DNA of 64,000 nt from an uncultured Bdellovibrionales bacterium. GTDB taxonomy: Bacteria > Bdellovibrionota > UBA1018 > CAIPTA01. This document shows positions 50,516 to 60,095 of this stretch, in pieces (position 1 is the first letter of the stretch; every line of letters begins with the position of its first letter). Under the pieces are notes generated by a model, which saw only the letters and a list, made by a program, of their open reading frames with translations, did not search any database and was not told where the DNA came from. A program made the position numbers and the translations under genes. The DNA is taken from contig CAZKBU010000008.1 in the NCBI GenBank assembly GCA_964551325.1, positions 82 through 64,081 on the forward strand. The letters are read 5' to 3'.

Positions 50516-52386
50516 CATTTGGGTTGATTTACCAGTTGCGGAAATAAGGCCATCAGTTCCGGATTCACTTTTTCCATAGCGGAGGCAGCTACATTTACCC
50601 GCTCCAAAAATTCTTGATCCGACTTGGCCTGTCGAATCCAAGCACGAGTGACGGCTCCCATTACGAGCGCCTCCTCCAACTGTTCCGGCTTTCCCATTAG
50701 GTCCAAGTCAAAAACCGGAAGGCTCACCCCACCTTTCGGACGAAGCTCGGAATACGGAAAATTCGCACGCGTCTCCAATACCTCAAAAAACAAGCGCCCC
50801 AGCCTTCCGTTTCCGTCTTGGAAGGGGTGATATTCCATGAATCCGACATAAGCATCGAGAAGCTGCTTGGTGGATCTGACATGATTCACCCCATCTTGTC
50901 GCAGGTACTCGCCGATATAATTTCGGTAAATTTGCTCGGCCACGGCCGCCACGTCGGGATGGCTGGGATCAACCGCGTCTCCTTCAATGCTGTTTCTCGC
51001 TCGCTCGTAGAGTTCCTGTGATACCAGACGTTTGTTTTCAGCCGCATCCTTCAAGTCCCAGGGAGAGGGGATATGGTAAGACACAACCACCCGCTTCAGC
51101 GCTGGATCGGAAGGCTGCGTTGGCGCCAAAAAAACCTTCAGCTGTGATCGTTTTTGGAGACGGTCGACCAACCACGCGGGCAAAATCTGTTCTGGATTCC
51201 CCTCGTTGGTCATCACTACACCCATCTTTCGAAACTCCATGTCGAATCCGTAGATTTGCTTATAGGCCGCGATGAGTTCGTCTACGGAGCTGATCTTGCT
51301 GAGATCTATTTTTTTCTTTTTAGTTAAATAAGATGCGGCATTGGCCTTCATTTCCCGGAGTGCCGCGATCGTATCACTGGAATCAAAGGCCTGAATTCTA
51401 GCCAGATCCTTAAGGTCGTAGTTGGCCAGCAAAGAGTCATAAACCTTCTCACGACGGGACGCCGATGGTGCCAGTGCCAAGTTCCGCCGCACCTGATCTA
51501 GTGAGGTAGGGAATGGTAAGGCTCCCTCTCTAACTTTGAGCAGTAATGCCGTTAGCTGTTTCTCGGTTCTTGCAGTCCCAACCCCTCGAGTAACGGTGAG
51601 GTACCGTCGATCACTCTTAAGAAGCCTTTCCCACTGGTCGAGGTAAACGGCTTTGACATTATGCCCAGCGGCGGACGAATTGGGCCCACCGATTTGCTTC
51701 AAAAATATCCACGAAAGCACATCTTCCGGCGTGTCGATTACTTCGCGAAGATTCGCGCCGCGGATCATGCTGATCCATTTGTCGTGATAGCCCTGGATCC
51801 GAAGCCCATCGATTCCCACACTAGCCAGTTCCTTTACAAACGAGGCATCACTGCCAAGTTGTGGAGACGACAGCTCTAAAACATAAAGTGGCTTTCTTAC
51901 ATTGAAGACGGTAACCAAAGATCCGAAATATTGACTATCGTAGGGATGGGTGGAAACGTAAAAACCCTTTCCCGCCAGCTGCGGCCCCTGTTCCAGAATA
52001 TTCTCCATAAAACGACGATCCGCTCCGTGCGTGGCGAGATAGGAGTAGACATCGTCGTTAGCCCACTCGAACAGATGCTTTGTACGAATGGTCATGAGGG
52101 TTCCGACCGTGGACCACGAACCATCGGAGTTCAACTTCTCGAGACTCCGATTCTCTCCAATGCGAAATCCTTTCCTCGCCAGCAACGAGGGGGACAGACC
52201 GCGTTCATAGGCTTCAAGAACGGGGGGCCCGGGCCAGGGCCGCTCCCAAACCGTTGGCTCCCTCAAATGACTGAATTTCTCGCCGCAGTTCCCCTGCGCC
52301 CATACATGGGCCGAGACCGCCACCAGTGATACCAGTGCGACCTTTTGAGCGATAGAAATCAAAATTCTTCTACACGACATCCCCAA
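50515..52386 (-). CDS. Fic-domain protein with predicted signal peptide and large N-terminal domain
   Basis: Exact Fic motif HPFQDGNGRLGR at aa 520-531 (nt 50794-50829). N-terminal hydrophobic ...VALVSLVAVSAHVWAQG. The first ~480 aa are unassigned. Confidence 0.8.
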   Translation of the reverse strand: MGMSCRRILISIAQKVALVSLVAVSAHVWAQGNCGEKFSHLREPTVWERPWPGPPVLEAYERGLSPSLLARKGFRIGENRSLEKLNSDGSWSTVGTLMTIRTKHLFEWANDDVYSYLATHGADRRFMENILEQGPQLAGKGFYVSTHPYDSQYFGSLVTVFNVRKPLYVLELSSPQLGSDASFVKELASVGIDGLRIQGYHDKWISMIRGANLREVIDTPEDVLSWIFLKQIGGPNSSAAGHNVKAVYLDQWERLLKSDRRYLTVTRGVGTARTEKQLTALLLKVREGALPFPTSLDQVRRNLALAPSASRREKVYDSLLANYDLKDLARIQAFDSSDTIAALREMKANAASYLTKKKKIDLSKISSVDELIAAYKQIYGFDMEFRKMGVVMTNEGNPEQILPAWLVDRLQKRSQLKVFLAPTQPSDPALKRVVVSYHIPSPWDLKDAAENKRLVSQELYERARNSIEGDAVDPSHPDVAAVAEQIYRNYIGEYLRQDGVNHVRSTKQLLDAYVGFMEYHPFQDGNGRLGRLFFEVLETRANFPYSELRPKGGVSLPVFDLDLMGKPEQLEEALVMGAVTRAWIRQAKSDQEFLERVNVAASAMEKVNPELMALFPQLVNQPK

Positions 52387-52490
52387 CGTATCGGCTCATT
52401 CCGCCCCCTTCAAAACTGGCCTGATTCGGGCGGACATTTCACCGTTACACGGTCTCGCGTTGAACGTTTCTCCAAACACAACCGACAAGA

Positions 52491-53177
52491 ATGGCTATGA
52501 ACACCGTATTTTGGGTAGGTCAGGCGGCCTACCTTCTCACCTTTGTTTCCTTTCTCTTTCGCAATATCACCTGGCTTCGGGCGATGGCGATCCTGTCAAG
52601 CGCATTAGCCGTTGGGTATTGCCTTCGAGCAGCTGGAGAACCGCTCTGGATCCCGCTCGCGTGGAACGCGGCATTCATTGTGGTGAACATCGCTCAGCTC
52701 GGCCTCCAGCGCTGGCGCTCCCGAGCCGTACGCCTCGATCCGCTCGAGGACTTTCTCGGAAAAACAGTGCTCCACTGTTTCCCTCCCGCCGAAGTGAAAA
52801 GCTTTGCTGCCGTGGCAAAGGAAGGGAATCTCCCCGCTGGCCACCAGTTCATCGAAGCGGGCCAGGATCTGAAACATCTCTTCTGCATCGTCCGGGGCGA
52901 GGTGGATGTGATGGTGAAAGGCGAGAAGTGCGCGGAACTTTCGCCCGGATTCTTTGTGGGCGAAATGAGCTTGCTGACCAAGGCACGCGCGCGAGCCAAC
53001 GTGGTGGCAAAGTCCGACATTCGTCTTCTCGTGTGGCCTCACGAAGAAATCGAGAAATGGGTGGATTCCGATGCCCAGCGTCTCACGATTCTTCAGCAGG
53101 CCCTCGGGTCTCAAGTGGTGAACCAGCTGCTGCGCCAAAACGACGCCCTCCTCGAAGAGCTCCGGGAGCGCGAATAG
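52491..53177 (+). CDS. membrane protein with C-terminal cyclic-nucleotide-binding-like (Popeye-like) domain
   Basis: Three N-terminal TM helices, then ...HQFIEAGQDLKHLFCIVRGEVDVMV...FFVGEMSLLT..ARANVVA... following the cNMP-binding beta-roll pattern. Confidence 0.6.
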   Translation: MAMNTVFWVGQAAYLLTFVSFLFRNITWLRAMAILSSALAVGYCLRAAGEPLWIPLAWNAAFIVVNIAQLGLQRWRSRAVRLDPLEDFLGKTVLHCFPPAEVKSFAAVAKEGNLPAGHQFIEAGQDLKHLFCIVRGEVDVMVKGEKCAELSPGFFVGEMSLLTKARARANVVAKSDIRLLVWPHEEIEKWVDSDAQRLTILQQALGSQVVNQLLRQNDALLEELRERE

Positions 53178-53714
53178 ATGGCTCGATTTTCCCCTGCTGT
53201 GATGGCCTCGATTCGAAATCGCGAGGCATTGGCGAAGGCTCTCGACGAGCAGGAGCGCGACATCGCGTTTCGCAACATGCTCTACCGCGGACTCACCCTG
53301 GCAGCACCCATCGCGGCCACTTGGTATTTCGTGAAGTATCAGGAACACCCGCTGATCCGGGAACTCTCCGGATTGTTTTCGAAAAAAAATGTGGTGGCTC
53401 GGGCGGAAAAGCAGGGCCAAAACAGTCGCAACGTGATGGTAGCGAGTTCACCCACTCCCCCGCCGGCCGACGAAATCTCTGACGCCACCGAAGGGCTCGA
53501 CGCGCGAAACGTCCAAATGCAAAAAATCGTGAACAGCGTACCGAAAGTGAATCTCACCGAAGCGCAGGTGATGGAGATGTCGCGGCGGGCGGAGCAAAAC
53601 GGCGAGGCGAAGAACTCCACAGAACCGCAGCCCACCGTGACCCAGCAGCAGGAAGAGCGGAAGGATAAGCTCGACGAAGCCTCCGACGCCGACGTGCCAA
53701 CCGAAAAGAAGTAG
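53178..53714 (+). CDS. hypothetical membrane-anchored protein
   Basis: Starts immediately after the upstream stop. One hydrophobic segment (GLTLAAPIAATWYFV) and a charged, low-complexity C-terminus. Confidence 0.45.
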   Translation: MARFSPAVMASIRNREALAKALDEQERDIAFRNMLYRGLTLAAPIAATWYFVKYQEHPLIRELSGLFSKKNVVARAEKQGQNSRNVMVASSPTPPPADEISDATEGLDARNVQMQKIVNSVPKVNLTEAQVMEMSRRAEQNGEAKNSTEPQPTVTQQQEERKDKLDEASDADVPTEKK

Positions 53715-54671
53715 TTAGCCGGTAACCTTAAGGCGCTGTTCGCCAAGATCGATAGAACCGTCGGGACTCCGGATCGTGCTCTCGATCAAGTCGCCGTTCT
53801 TGAGGTAACGCGGGCTCCGCATCTGTTCCTCCAAGAAAATTTCCATCTTCTCGTGTTCTTCCAAAAATTTACCGCGGAGCTGGCTCCAAAATGTCTTCTC
53901 GATTCGCATGGCCACTCCCCCGGGCGTGCCGGTGAGAAGCAAGTCGCCGCGACGGAGGTCCATGATCGAGGAAAGCTCCGTGAGCGTTTCCTCTGGCTTG
54001 TGCATCAGCTGACGGGTGCTCGCCTTCTGGCGCACCTGGCCGTTCACGCGAAGCTCCAACTGCAAATCGTGGAGCTTCGCCGCCTCGCCGGGTGAGAAGA
54101 GCCAAAGCACCGGCCCCACAGGGCAAAAACCCCGGAAACTTTTCCCCTTGAACCACTGCCGCTCGGGCACTTGCACATCGCGCGCCGAAACATCGTTGGC
54201 CATCACCACGCCGGCCACGAACTCGTCGAGATTCCCGGCGTCGACTGGCCCGGTGATGTCCTTGGTGAGCACCACCCCGAGTTCAAGCTCGTAGTCGAGG
54301 AGACGCACCTTCGGCGGTCGCACCAGATCTCCCAGCGGCGGCGCGAGCGTGCTCGACGCCTTCGTGAAGATCAGATTGAATTCTTTGTTCTCCGGCTTCA
54401 CGCCGGTTTCCTTCAAGTGGGCCAGGTAGTTTTTCCCTTGGCAAAAAATCTGCGCTTCCTGGGTCACGGGGCTCACAAACCGCACTTCCGCTTCCGGTAT
54501 CGCATCCGCGCGATGATCGCGCACTCGGTCCAGAAGGCCACGCCAGTCTTCCGCCAGAAGATCGCGAAGCGAGTCGAAGTGTTTGGAGAGAGGAATTACT
54601 CCATGAGAGGTGCGAAGGCCCCAAAGTCCGGGCATGCCGCGAAAATCGAACCTAACCAGGGCGTATCCCAT
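53715..54671 (-). CDS. fumarylacetoacetate hydrolase (FAH) family protein
   Basis: ...IFCQGKNYLAHLKE..., ...LLDYELELGVVL..., ...GDLLLTGTPGGVA... are FAH-family motifs. Confidence 0.8.
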   Translation of the reverse strand: MGYALVRFDFRGMPGLWGLRTSHGVIPLSKHFDSLRDLLAEDWRGLLDRVRDHRADAIPEAEVRFVSPVTQEAQIFCQGKNYLAHLKETGVKPENKEFNLIFTKASSTLAPPLGDLVRPPKVRLLDYELELGVVLTKDITGPVDAGNLDEFVAGVVMANDVSARDVQVPERQWFKGKSFRGFCPVGPVLWLFSPGEAAKLHDLQLELRVNGQVRQKASTRQLMHKPEETLTELSSIMDLRRGDLLLTGTPGGVAMRIEKTFWSQLRGKFLEEHEKMEIFLEEQMRSPRYLKNGDLIESTIRSPDGSIDLGEQRLKVTG

Positions 54672-54696
54672 GCCCTGATTCTAGCAGACGTGGGAG

Positions 54697-55236
54697 TTAC
54701 TTCGCGAATGGTCCGCGGAGATTGCTGCCGTTCACGGTGCAGCCGTTCTCAGGATAAATCATCCGCACATGCACGGTCTCCCCGTCCACATCGATGCTCA
54801 TCGTAATGGCCCGCTCCACGTACTGCCCGGCCGGATTCTGGTTGATGATCCGCTCGCTCCACACGCCGAAGGGCGCCAGCTTTACGCCTTCATGGGTTTG
54901 CACGTCGTCGGTTCCGTAACACTCGAAGCGAAATCCGTCGTGAATCGTGCACTTGTTCTTGGGCCAGGAGAACGTGGTGGATTCTGGAATCTTCTTTAGT
55001 GCAGCCACTTTTTTAGGCAGATAGTTCACCACATCATTCGGCGTAATCATCCGCACGTCGAGAGGAGCGTACTCCATACCGTTCGCGTGGATCGTAGTTA
55101 CCTCGAAACGTTCGTCCTTTTCCTCGATCACGAAGATCGTGGTCGCAAAGGGTTCGGTGCTGCAGGTGACTTTCAGCGGCAGGGCCAAGGCGGAGGTGGA
55201 GGAAAGGGTCAAAAGGGTCAAAAGAATGTGTTTCAT
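54697..55236 (-). CDS. secreted hypothetical protein
   Basis: ATG 55236 gives the signal peptide MKHILLTLLTLSSTSALA. 179 aa. Confidence 0.5.
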   Translation of the reverse strand: MKHILLTLLTLSSTSALALPLKVTCSTEPFATTIFVIEEKDERFEVTTIHANGMEYAPLDVRMITPNDVVNYLPKKVAALKKIPESTTFSWPKNKCTIHDGFRFECYGTDDVQTHEGVKLAPFGVWSERIINQNPAGQYVERAITMSIDVDGETVHVRMIYPENGCTVNGSNLRGPFAK

Positions 55237-55326
55237 GAGGCGTTTATAGAAGAAATAACGCGCAGCATCAATATCTTTCTCCTGAGCTTGCCTGACGGGT
55301 CGCCCCCGGCATATACCCCCTCCCAT

Positions 55327-55749
55327 ATGAAAACTTTCCTTTTCGTTCTCGGCCTCTTCACCACTTTCTCGGCCCACGCCCTCGTGTTTGAGGTGCGCGG
55401 CTGGAACGACGAAGCCCTGTTTCGCCAGTATTATCCCATGGCCGACGGGGTAAACGCGGGCCGCGCTACGGTGGATTTTCTAGAGCTGGCCAGAACCCGT
55501 GACGGAATCGCATGGGAAGGCAATGAAAGAGGAGTTCTCAGCATCGCCGGACTTGGCAATCAGGTGGTGCAGGAGGGCAACGAGATCCGTGCCTACGGCT
55601 GGTGCTATTCAGTGAACGGAGTGGAACCCGATCGCACCCCCGACCAAGTGATCATCCCCCACGACATGAGCCGCCTCGTTTGGTTCTACGCCTACGGCCG
55701 CATGGTCGATGGCGAGTGGCGCGAGCAGTGCGTGCCCGCCGCACGATAG
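55327..55749 (+). CDS. secreted protein, DUF4430-like
   Basis: ATG 55327 gives the signal peptide MKTFLFVLGLFTTFSAHA. ...YGWCYSVNGVEPDRTPDQVIIPHDMSRLVWFY resembles the DUF4430 pattern. Confidence 0.4.
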   Translation: MKTFLFVLGLFTTFSAHALVFEVRGWNDEALFRQYYPMADGVNAGRATVDFLELARTRDGIAWEGNERGVLSIAGLGNQVVQEGNEIRAYGWCYSVNGVEPDRTPDQVIIPHDMSRLVWFYAYGRMVDGEWREQCVPAAR

Positions 55750-55759
55750 CTCCCGTTAC

Positions 55760-56431
55760 TCAAAGCAACTTTTTCGCCAATCCTGCCAGCCACTCCTCAT
55801 CGGCGCCGAGGAAGTTAGGAATTTGAGCGTCGGCACCACTCAGATCGTGCCCGAAATGATTCGCGTGAGTTACCGCCACCACTTTAGCGCCGGCCGCCCG
55901 CCCGGAAGCAATCCCGGCCTCCGAGTCTTCGAACACGAGAGTTTCGCTCGCCGGCAATCCGAAGTTCGCGATCGCTTTCGCAAACCCGTCGGGAGCTGGT
56001 TTGCTTTTCGGGTAGTCTTCCGCTCCGAGTACCAGCTGAAAAAGTGGTCGCACTTTCAGGTGGTCCAAGGCCCAGAAAATCTCAGCCCGGTGGGACCCCG
56101 ACACCAACGCAATCGGCCCCCGCTGGGCCATCCGACGCACCATTTCGGGGGCTCCAGGAATGATCTCGATCTCTTTTTCGAGCTTTTTTTTGTAGCGAGC
56201 CACCACAGTGTGGGTGAATTCTTCTTTGGTTACAGGTATTTGATAGCGATCAAAGAGAAGGTCCACGGCCACCTCCCACTTCTTGCCAGCCACCTGGGAG
56301 GCATCGGACTTGGCCACCGGCACCCCCCACTCCCCGCAACATTCCAATACCGCACGAAAAGCGACCGGTTCGGAGTCGATTAACGTACCGTCAAGGTCAA
56401 ACAATACTAAGGAAAATCCTTTGTTTTTCAT
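55760..56431 (-). CDS. HAD-superfamily hydrolase
   Basis: Motif I LVLFDLDGTLIDSE. Later ...LVSGS... and ...VFEDSEAGIASGRAAGA... motifs. Confidence 0.85.
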   Translation of the reverse strand: MKNKGFSLVLFDLDGTLIDSEPVAFRAVLECCGEWGVPVAKSDASQVAGKKWEVAVDLLFDRYQIPVTKEEFTHTVVARYKKKLEKEIEIIPGAPEMVRRMAQRGPIALVSGSHRAEIFWALDHLKVRPLFQLVLGAEDYPKSKPAPDGFAKAIANFGLPASETLVFEDSEAGIASGRAAGAKVVAVTHANHFGHDLSGADAQIPNFLGADEEWLAGLAKKLL

Positions 56432-56485
56432 ATGTTAAACCCTAAAACAACCCTGACCCGATCCTGACACGGTTCAGGGAGAGCC

Positions 56486-57394
56486 ATGGAACAATGGTAT
56501 TCAGGAGGACATCATATGCTGGCAGCCCTCAAAACCAAAAAGTTCCCACGGTCGGTCCGCAAGATTCGCCCGCGGGCTCGCGCTCGCGCCACACTCCGTC
56601 TTTTGAAGACCCTCCCCCCCTTCCGTCGCCACCCCCTCGTGGCCATCAAGGACTTCCAACCCAAGCAGCTGATCCGGGTGGAAACCGAGAATTTCATTTT
56701 GAAAACTGCAGAGACCCAGTTTGAGCTCCGCGAAGTGCTCAAACTGCGCCATGAGATTTTCTACGAAGAGCTCCAGGGCAAGAGTCACGAAAATCGCGTG
56801 GACGTGGACGAGTTCGACCAGCTCTGCGATCACCTCGTGATCATCGACAAAAAGAACTTCCGCGTGGTGGGCACCTACCGGGTGATCTCCTCGCTCTACT
56901 CGCAAAAATTCTACTCCGAGGGCGAATTTCAGATCGGTGAATTCCTCGCTCAGCCTGGAAACAAACTGGAGCTAGGCCGGGCCTGCATCCACAAGGATTT
57001 CCGCACGGGAGCCGTGATCCAGCTTCTTTGGAAAGGTATCTGCGAATACATCAAGCGCACCGACACGAAATTCCTCTTCGGCTGCGCAAGCGTGCAAACC
57101 GTGGACCCGTGGGTGGCCGGTTTGATCCTGCAATACCTGAAGCGCGAGGGTCTTTCGAAGGACGACTTCCACGTGAGCCCCACGGAAAAATACACCCTCG
57201 CTCTGCCGGAGCCTGAAATCACCACCAACGTGGAAGAACTGATTCCGCCGCTCGTGCACTCCTATGTGAAGGCCGGCGCGAAATTCCACGGCGCTCCCGC
57301 CTGGGACGCCGACTTCAACTGCTTCGACTATTTCATGGTGCTCAATGTGGACGAAATGAGCCGCCTCTTTAAGCGCCGCTTCGGACTCGGCTAA
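56486..57394 (+). CDS. GNAT-type N-acyltransferase (OlsB/hemolysin-like, Acetyltransf_5)
   Basis: ...FELREVLKLRHEIFYEELQG...DEFDQLCDHLVIIDKKNFRVVGTYRV...LELGRACIHKDFR follows the lyso-ornithine-lipid synthase-like family pattern. Confidence 0.65.
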   Translation: MEQWYSGGHHMLAALKTKKFPRSVRKIRPRARARATLRLLKTLPPFRRHPLVAIKDFQPKQLIRVETENFILKTAETQFELREVLKLRHEIFYEELQGKSHENRVDVDEFDQLCDHLVIIDKKNFRVVGTYRVISSLYSQKFYSEGEFQIGEFLAQPGNKLELGRACIHKDFRTGAVIQLLWKGICEYIKRTDTKFLFGCASVQTVDPWVAGLILQYLKREGLSKDDFHVSPTEKYTLALPEPEITTNVEELIPPLVHSYVKAGAKFHGAPAWDADFNCFDYFMVLNVDEMSRLFKRRFGLG

Positions 57395-57400
57395 GCCGTC

Positions 57401-58213
57401 TCACTCTCCGAGCAGGAACGGGGCCAGGGTCGAGGAGACCTTGGCCCAATTTTTTTCCCCCACGCTGGCGGCATCGATGATCAGGTGATGATGACGGCCC
57501 TCCACGGAGATTTCCTCCACGCGCGCGCCGCGCGATCTCGCCAACGCCTTCACCCCCGGCCCATCCACCAATTCATCCTGGAGATCCACAAACACGAGCG
57601 TGGCCGGGGAAATCGATTCTTCGCTAAAACCACGCATCAAATCATCGAGGGCGAGCATCGGAGCGGGGCCGGTGCGATCGTTGGCCCGATAGCCATCCGG
57701 AACCACCGACGATAACCAGATCGAAGCGGGCAACCTCCGCGCCAGCCAGATCGCCGCCGGATACCACCAACGAGTGGCGAAGGCGGGAGCAAAAAGTGCA
57801 GCCCGCTCAAATGGCAAATCCAAAAACACCAGCGCCGAAAAGCTGTAGGCCACGAGCACGAGCGGCACTTTCAGTTTTTGCGCGCGCCTGGAGGCTTCTG
57901 TATGAAACGCTCGCGCGTCCGCACGGAATGCTTCCGCCGTGACAGAGAAAAACTCATCACCACCGCAATGTCCGGCGAGCCCCACTTGCATTACGGCCAC
58001 GCCAGCCTTCTGTAAAAGGCGTGAGACCTCTCCCATCCGCTCCGGACGAAGATTCAGCCCGTGCGCAACAATCGCCACGGCCCGAGGCTTTCCAGAGGGC
58101 TCCAGCCATTCACGACAACGAGCTTCCGCCGGAAGCATCCAGAAAAACATCAACAGGATCAAACCCTTCAACAGGTAGACTCTTTCTCTCAGGTGACAGA
58201 CTTGCTGCTCCAT
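57401..58213 (-). CDS. alpha/beta hydrolase-fold protein
   Basis: ...AVAIVAHGLNLRPERM...LAGHCGG...LVLVAYSFSALV... The start is set at ATG 58213 (signal-like LLKGLILLMFFWMLPAEA). The ORF extension to 58642 overlaps the divergent PhoX start and is G/R-rich. Confidence 0.5.
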   Translation of the reverse strand: MEQQVCHLRERVYLLKGLILLMFFWMLPAEARCREWLEPSGKPRAVAIVAHGLNLRPERMGEVSRLLQKAGVAVMQVGLAGHCGGDEFFSVTAEAFRADARAFHTEASRRAQKLKVPLVLVAYSFSALVFLDLPFERAALFAPAFATRWWYPAAIWLARRLPASIWLSSVVPDGYRANDRTGPAPMLALDDLMRGFSEESISPATLVFVDLQDELVDGPGVKALARSRGARVEEISVEGRHHHLIIDAASVGEKNWAKVSSTLAPFLLGE

Positions 58214-58472
58214 TCCAATTGATGCTAGCATTTTCATATGGTCCCTATACGGGATCGGGAAGGGGGTGGTCACCGACATGTGTAGTAGTAAATCACACAA
58301 ATGCGTGACCATCCTCTGCTTGATCGCTTGATCAGGTAGAGGTTGGTCGCCCAAAACGTCGGGGAGCTGTAGGTACTTGTTGGTGTTCGCCACTCTCTGG
58401 TAAATACAGCTCCCTTTTAATTTTCTCATTTTGACCATGTTCCCTCCCCCACATCTGCGATAATTTTCTTCC

Positions 58473-60086
58473 ATGGACAGACGAACGTTCCTCTCCTTCC
58501 TCGGCCGCGCCGCCATGGTCACGCCGTTTCTTTCCGCGTTTCCGCTGTTGCCCGGTTGCAGCTCCAAAACCGCGGCTCCGCAGCTGCCGCCGCCGCCCTT
58601 TCCTCCCCTGGGAGTTTCCCAGGCCGACGACTTTCTCCTCACGGAAGGCCTAAGCTACGCGATCGTGGCGGTTCAAGGTCAGCCGATCAACAAGAAGGGC
58701 GATCTCTTCGGCTGCGACAACGACTACCTAGCGTTTCTCCCCTTGGCTGGAAAAAAGAACGAAGCCCTCCTCTGGGTGAACCACGAAAACACTTCCGAGT
58801 TGTTCGTCTCCGGCTACACCGGAGGGGTGAAGACTAAGGAACAGGTCACACTCGAACAAAAGAGCGTGGGAGGCTCGATTCTCCATCTGCGCCACGAAGA
58901 AGGCGGTTGGAAATTCGTTCCGAACAGCACCTACAATCGCCGCCTCGACGCCACCACGCGAATGCCCTTTGTGACGGAACGTCCGATCATGGGCTCCGAC
59001 CACGCCACCGGCACGCTGGCTAACTGCGCCGGCGGGGTCACTCCTTGGGGCACCGTGCTCACCTGCGAAGAAAACTACGACATGTATTACGGTGAGATGA
59101 CCTACGACGAATCAGGCAAACGCACTTGGCGCCCAGGCCGCTATCGTGCCTTCGGATGGGAAAAGCACTTCGCGTATCCGCCGGAGCACTACGGCTGGGT
59201 GGTGGAGGTCGACCTTCGAATCGGCCGCGCCAAGAAGCTCACCGCCATGGGACGATTCGCTCACGAGGGCGCCACCGTGGTGAAAGCGAAAAACGGCCGC
59301 GCCGTGGCCTATATGGGCGACGACTCCAGCGACGAGTGTCTCTATAAGTTCATCGCCAGCGCTCCCGGCACGCTCGACTCTGGGACGCTCTACGTAGCTG
59401 ATCTAGCCCGCGGAAAGTGGATCCCGCTGGTGCGCGACAAAAACCCCGCTCTCCGAAAAGCCTTCAAGGATCAAACGGAACTCCTTATCCGCACCCGCGA
59501 AGCAGCTACGATCGTGGGTGGTACCAAGCTTGATCGCCCGGAAGACATTGAAGTGGACCCCAACACAGGCGCCATTCTCGTGGCCCTCACCGGAAATCCC
59601 AAGAAGGGAAATTTCCACGGTTCGATCCTGCGCGTGATGGAAAAAGACGCCGACCCGCTCTCCATGGAATTCACTCACTCCACTTTTCTTACGGGAGGAG
59701 AAGAACTCGGATTTTCCCATCCCGACAATCTGGCCTTCGATATGCGGGGGAATCTCTGGTTCACCACCGACGTGCCGGATCTTCTTCTGGAGCGCGGTCC
59801 CTGGGAAAAGATGGGGCACAACAGTTTGTTCTACGTGCCGATGTCTGGGGAAAATGCGGGGCGCCCCTTCCGTGTGGCTTCGGCGCCAAAGGAAGCGGAA
59901 CTCACTGGTCCCTATTTCTCACCAGACGGCGACACTCTCTTTCTCAGCGTGCAGCATCCGGGGCTCATGTCTTCGGACCTGGCGAACCCCACGAGTCGAT
60001 GGCCCGAGAAAGGCCCTACGTCCACACCGAAGAGTGCCGTGGTGGCGATCACGGGACCGCTTCTCGACAAGCTGGTGAGAGGATAG
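58473..60086 (+). CDS. phoX: PhoX-family (DUF839) secreted phosphatase with Tat signal
   Basis: Twin-arginine MDRRTFLSFLGRAAM. ...WVNHEN..., ...NCAGGVTPWGTVLTCEEN..., ...PDNLAFD... are PhoX/DUF839 motifs. Confidence 0.75.
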   Translation: MDRRTFLSFLGRAAMVTPFLSAFPLLPGCSSKTAAPQLPPPPFPPLGVSQADDFLLTEGLSYAIVAVQGQPINKKGDLFGCDNDYLAFLPLAGKKNEALLWVNHENTSELFVSGYTGGVKTKEQVTLEQKSVGGSILHLRHEEGGWKFVPNSTYNRRLDATTRMPFVTERPIMGSDHATGTLANCAGGVTPWGTVLTCEENYDMYYGEMTYDESGKRTWRPGRYRAFGWEKHFAYPPEHYGWVVEVDLRIGRAKKLTAMGRFAHEGATVVKAKNGRAVAYMGDDSSDECLYKFIASAPGTLDSGTLYVADLARGKWIPLVRDKNPALRKAFKDQTELLIRTREAATIVGGTKLDRPEDIEVDPNTGAILVALTGNPKKGNFHGSILRVMEKDADPLSMEFTHSTFLTGGEELGFSHPDNLAFDMRGNLWFTTDVPDLLLERGPWEKMGHNSLFYVPMSGENAGRPFRVASAPKEAELTGPYFSPDGDTLFLSVQHPGLMSSDLANPTSRWPEKGPTSTPKSAVVAITGPLLDKLVRG

Positions 60087-60095
60087 AATCCCTTT

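Noticed and set aside
52460-53482. 340-aa plus-strand and 271-aa minus-strand ORFs (52605..53420) overlapping the cNMP-domain gene.
   Set aside because: Their Arg/Ser/Pro-rich composition and lack of motifs mark them as shadows. The 52491 frame has TM helices plus a cNMP-binding-like domain.
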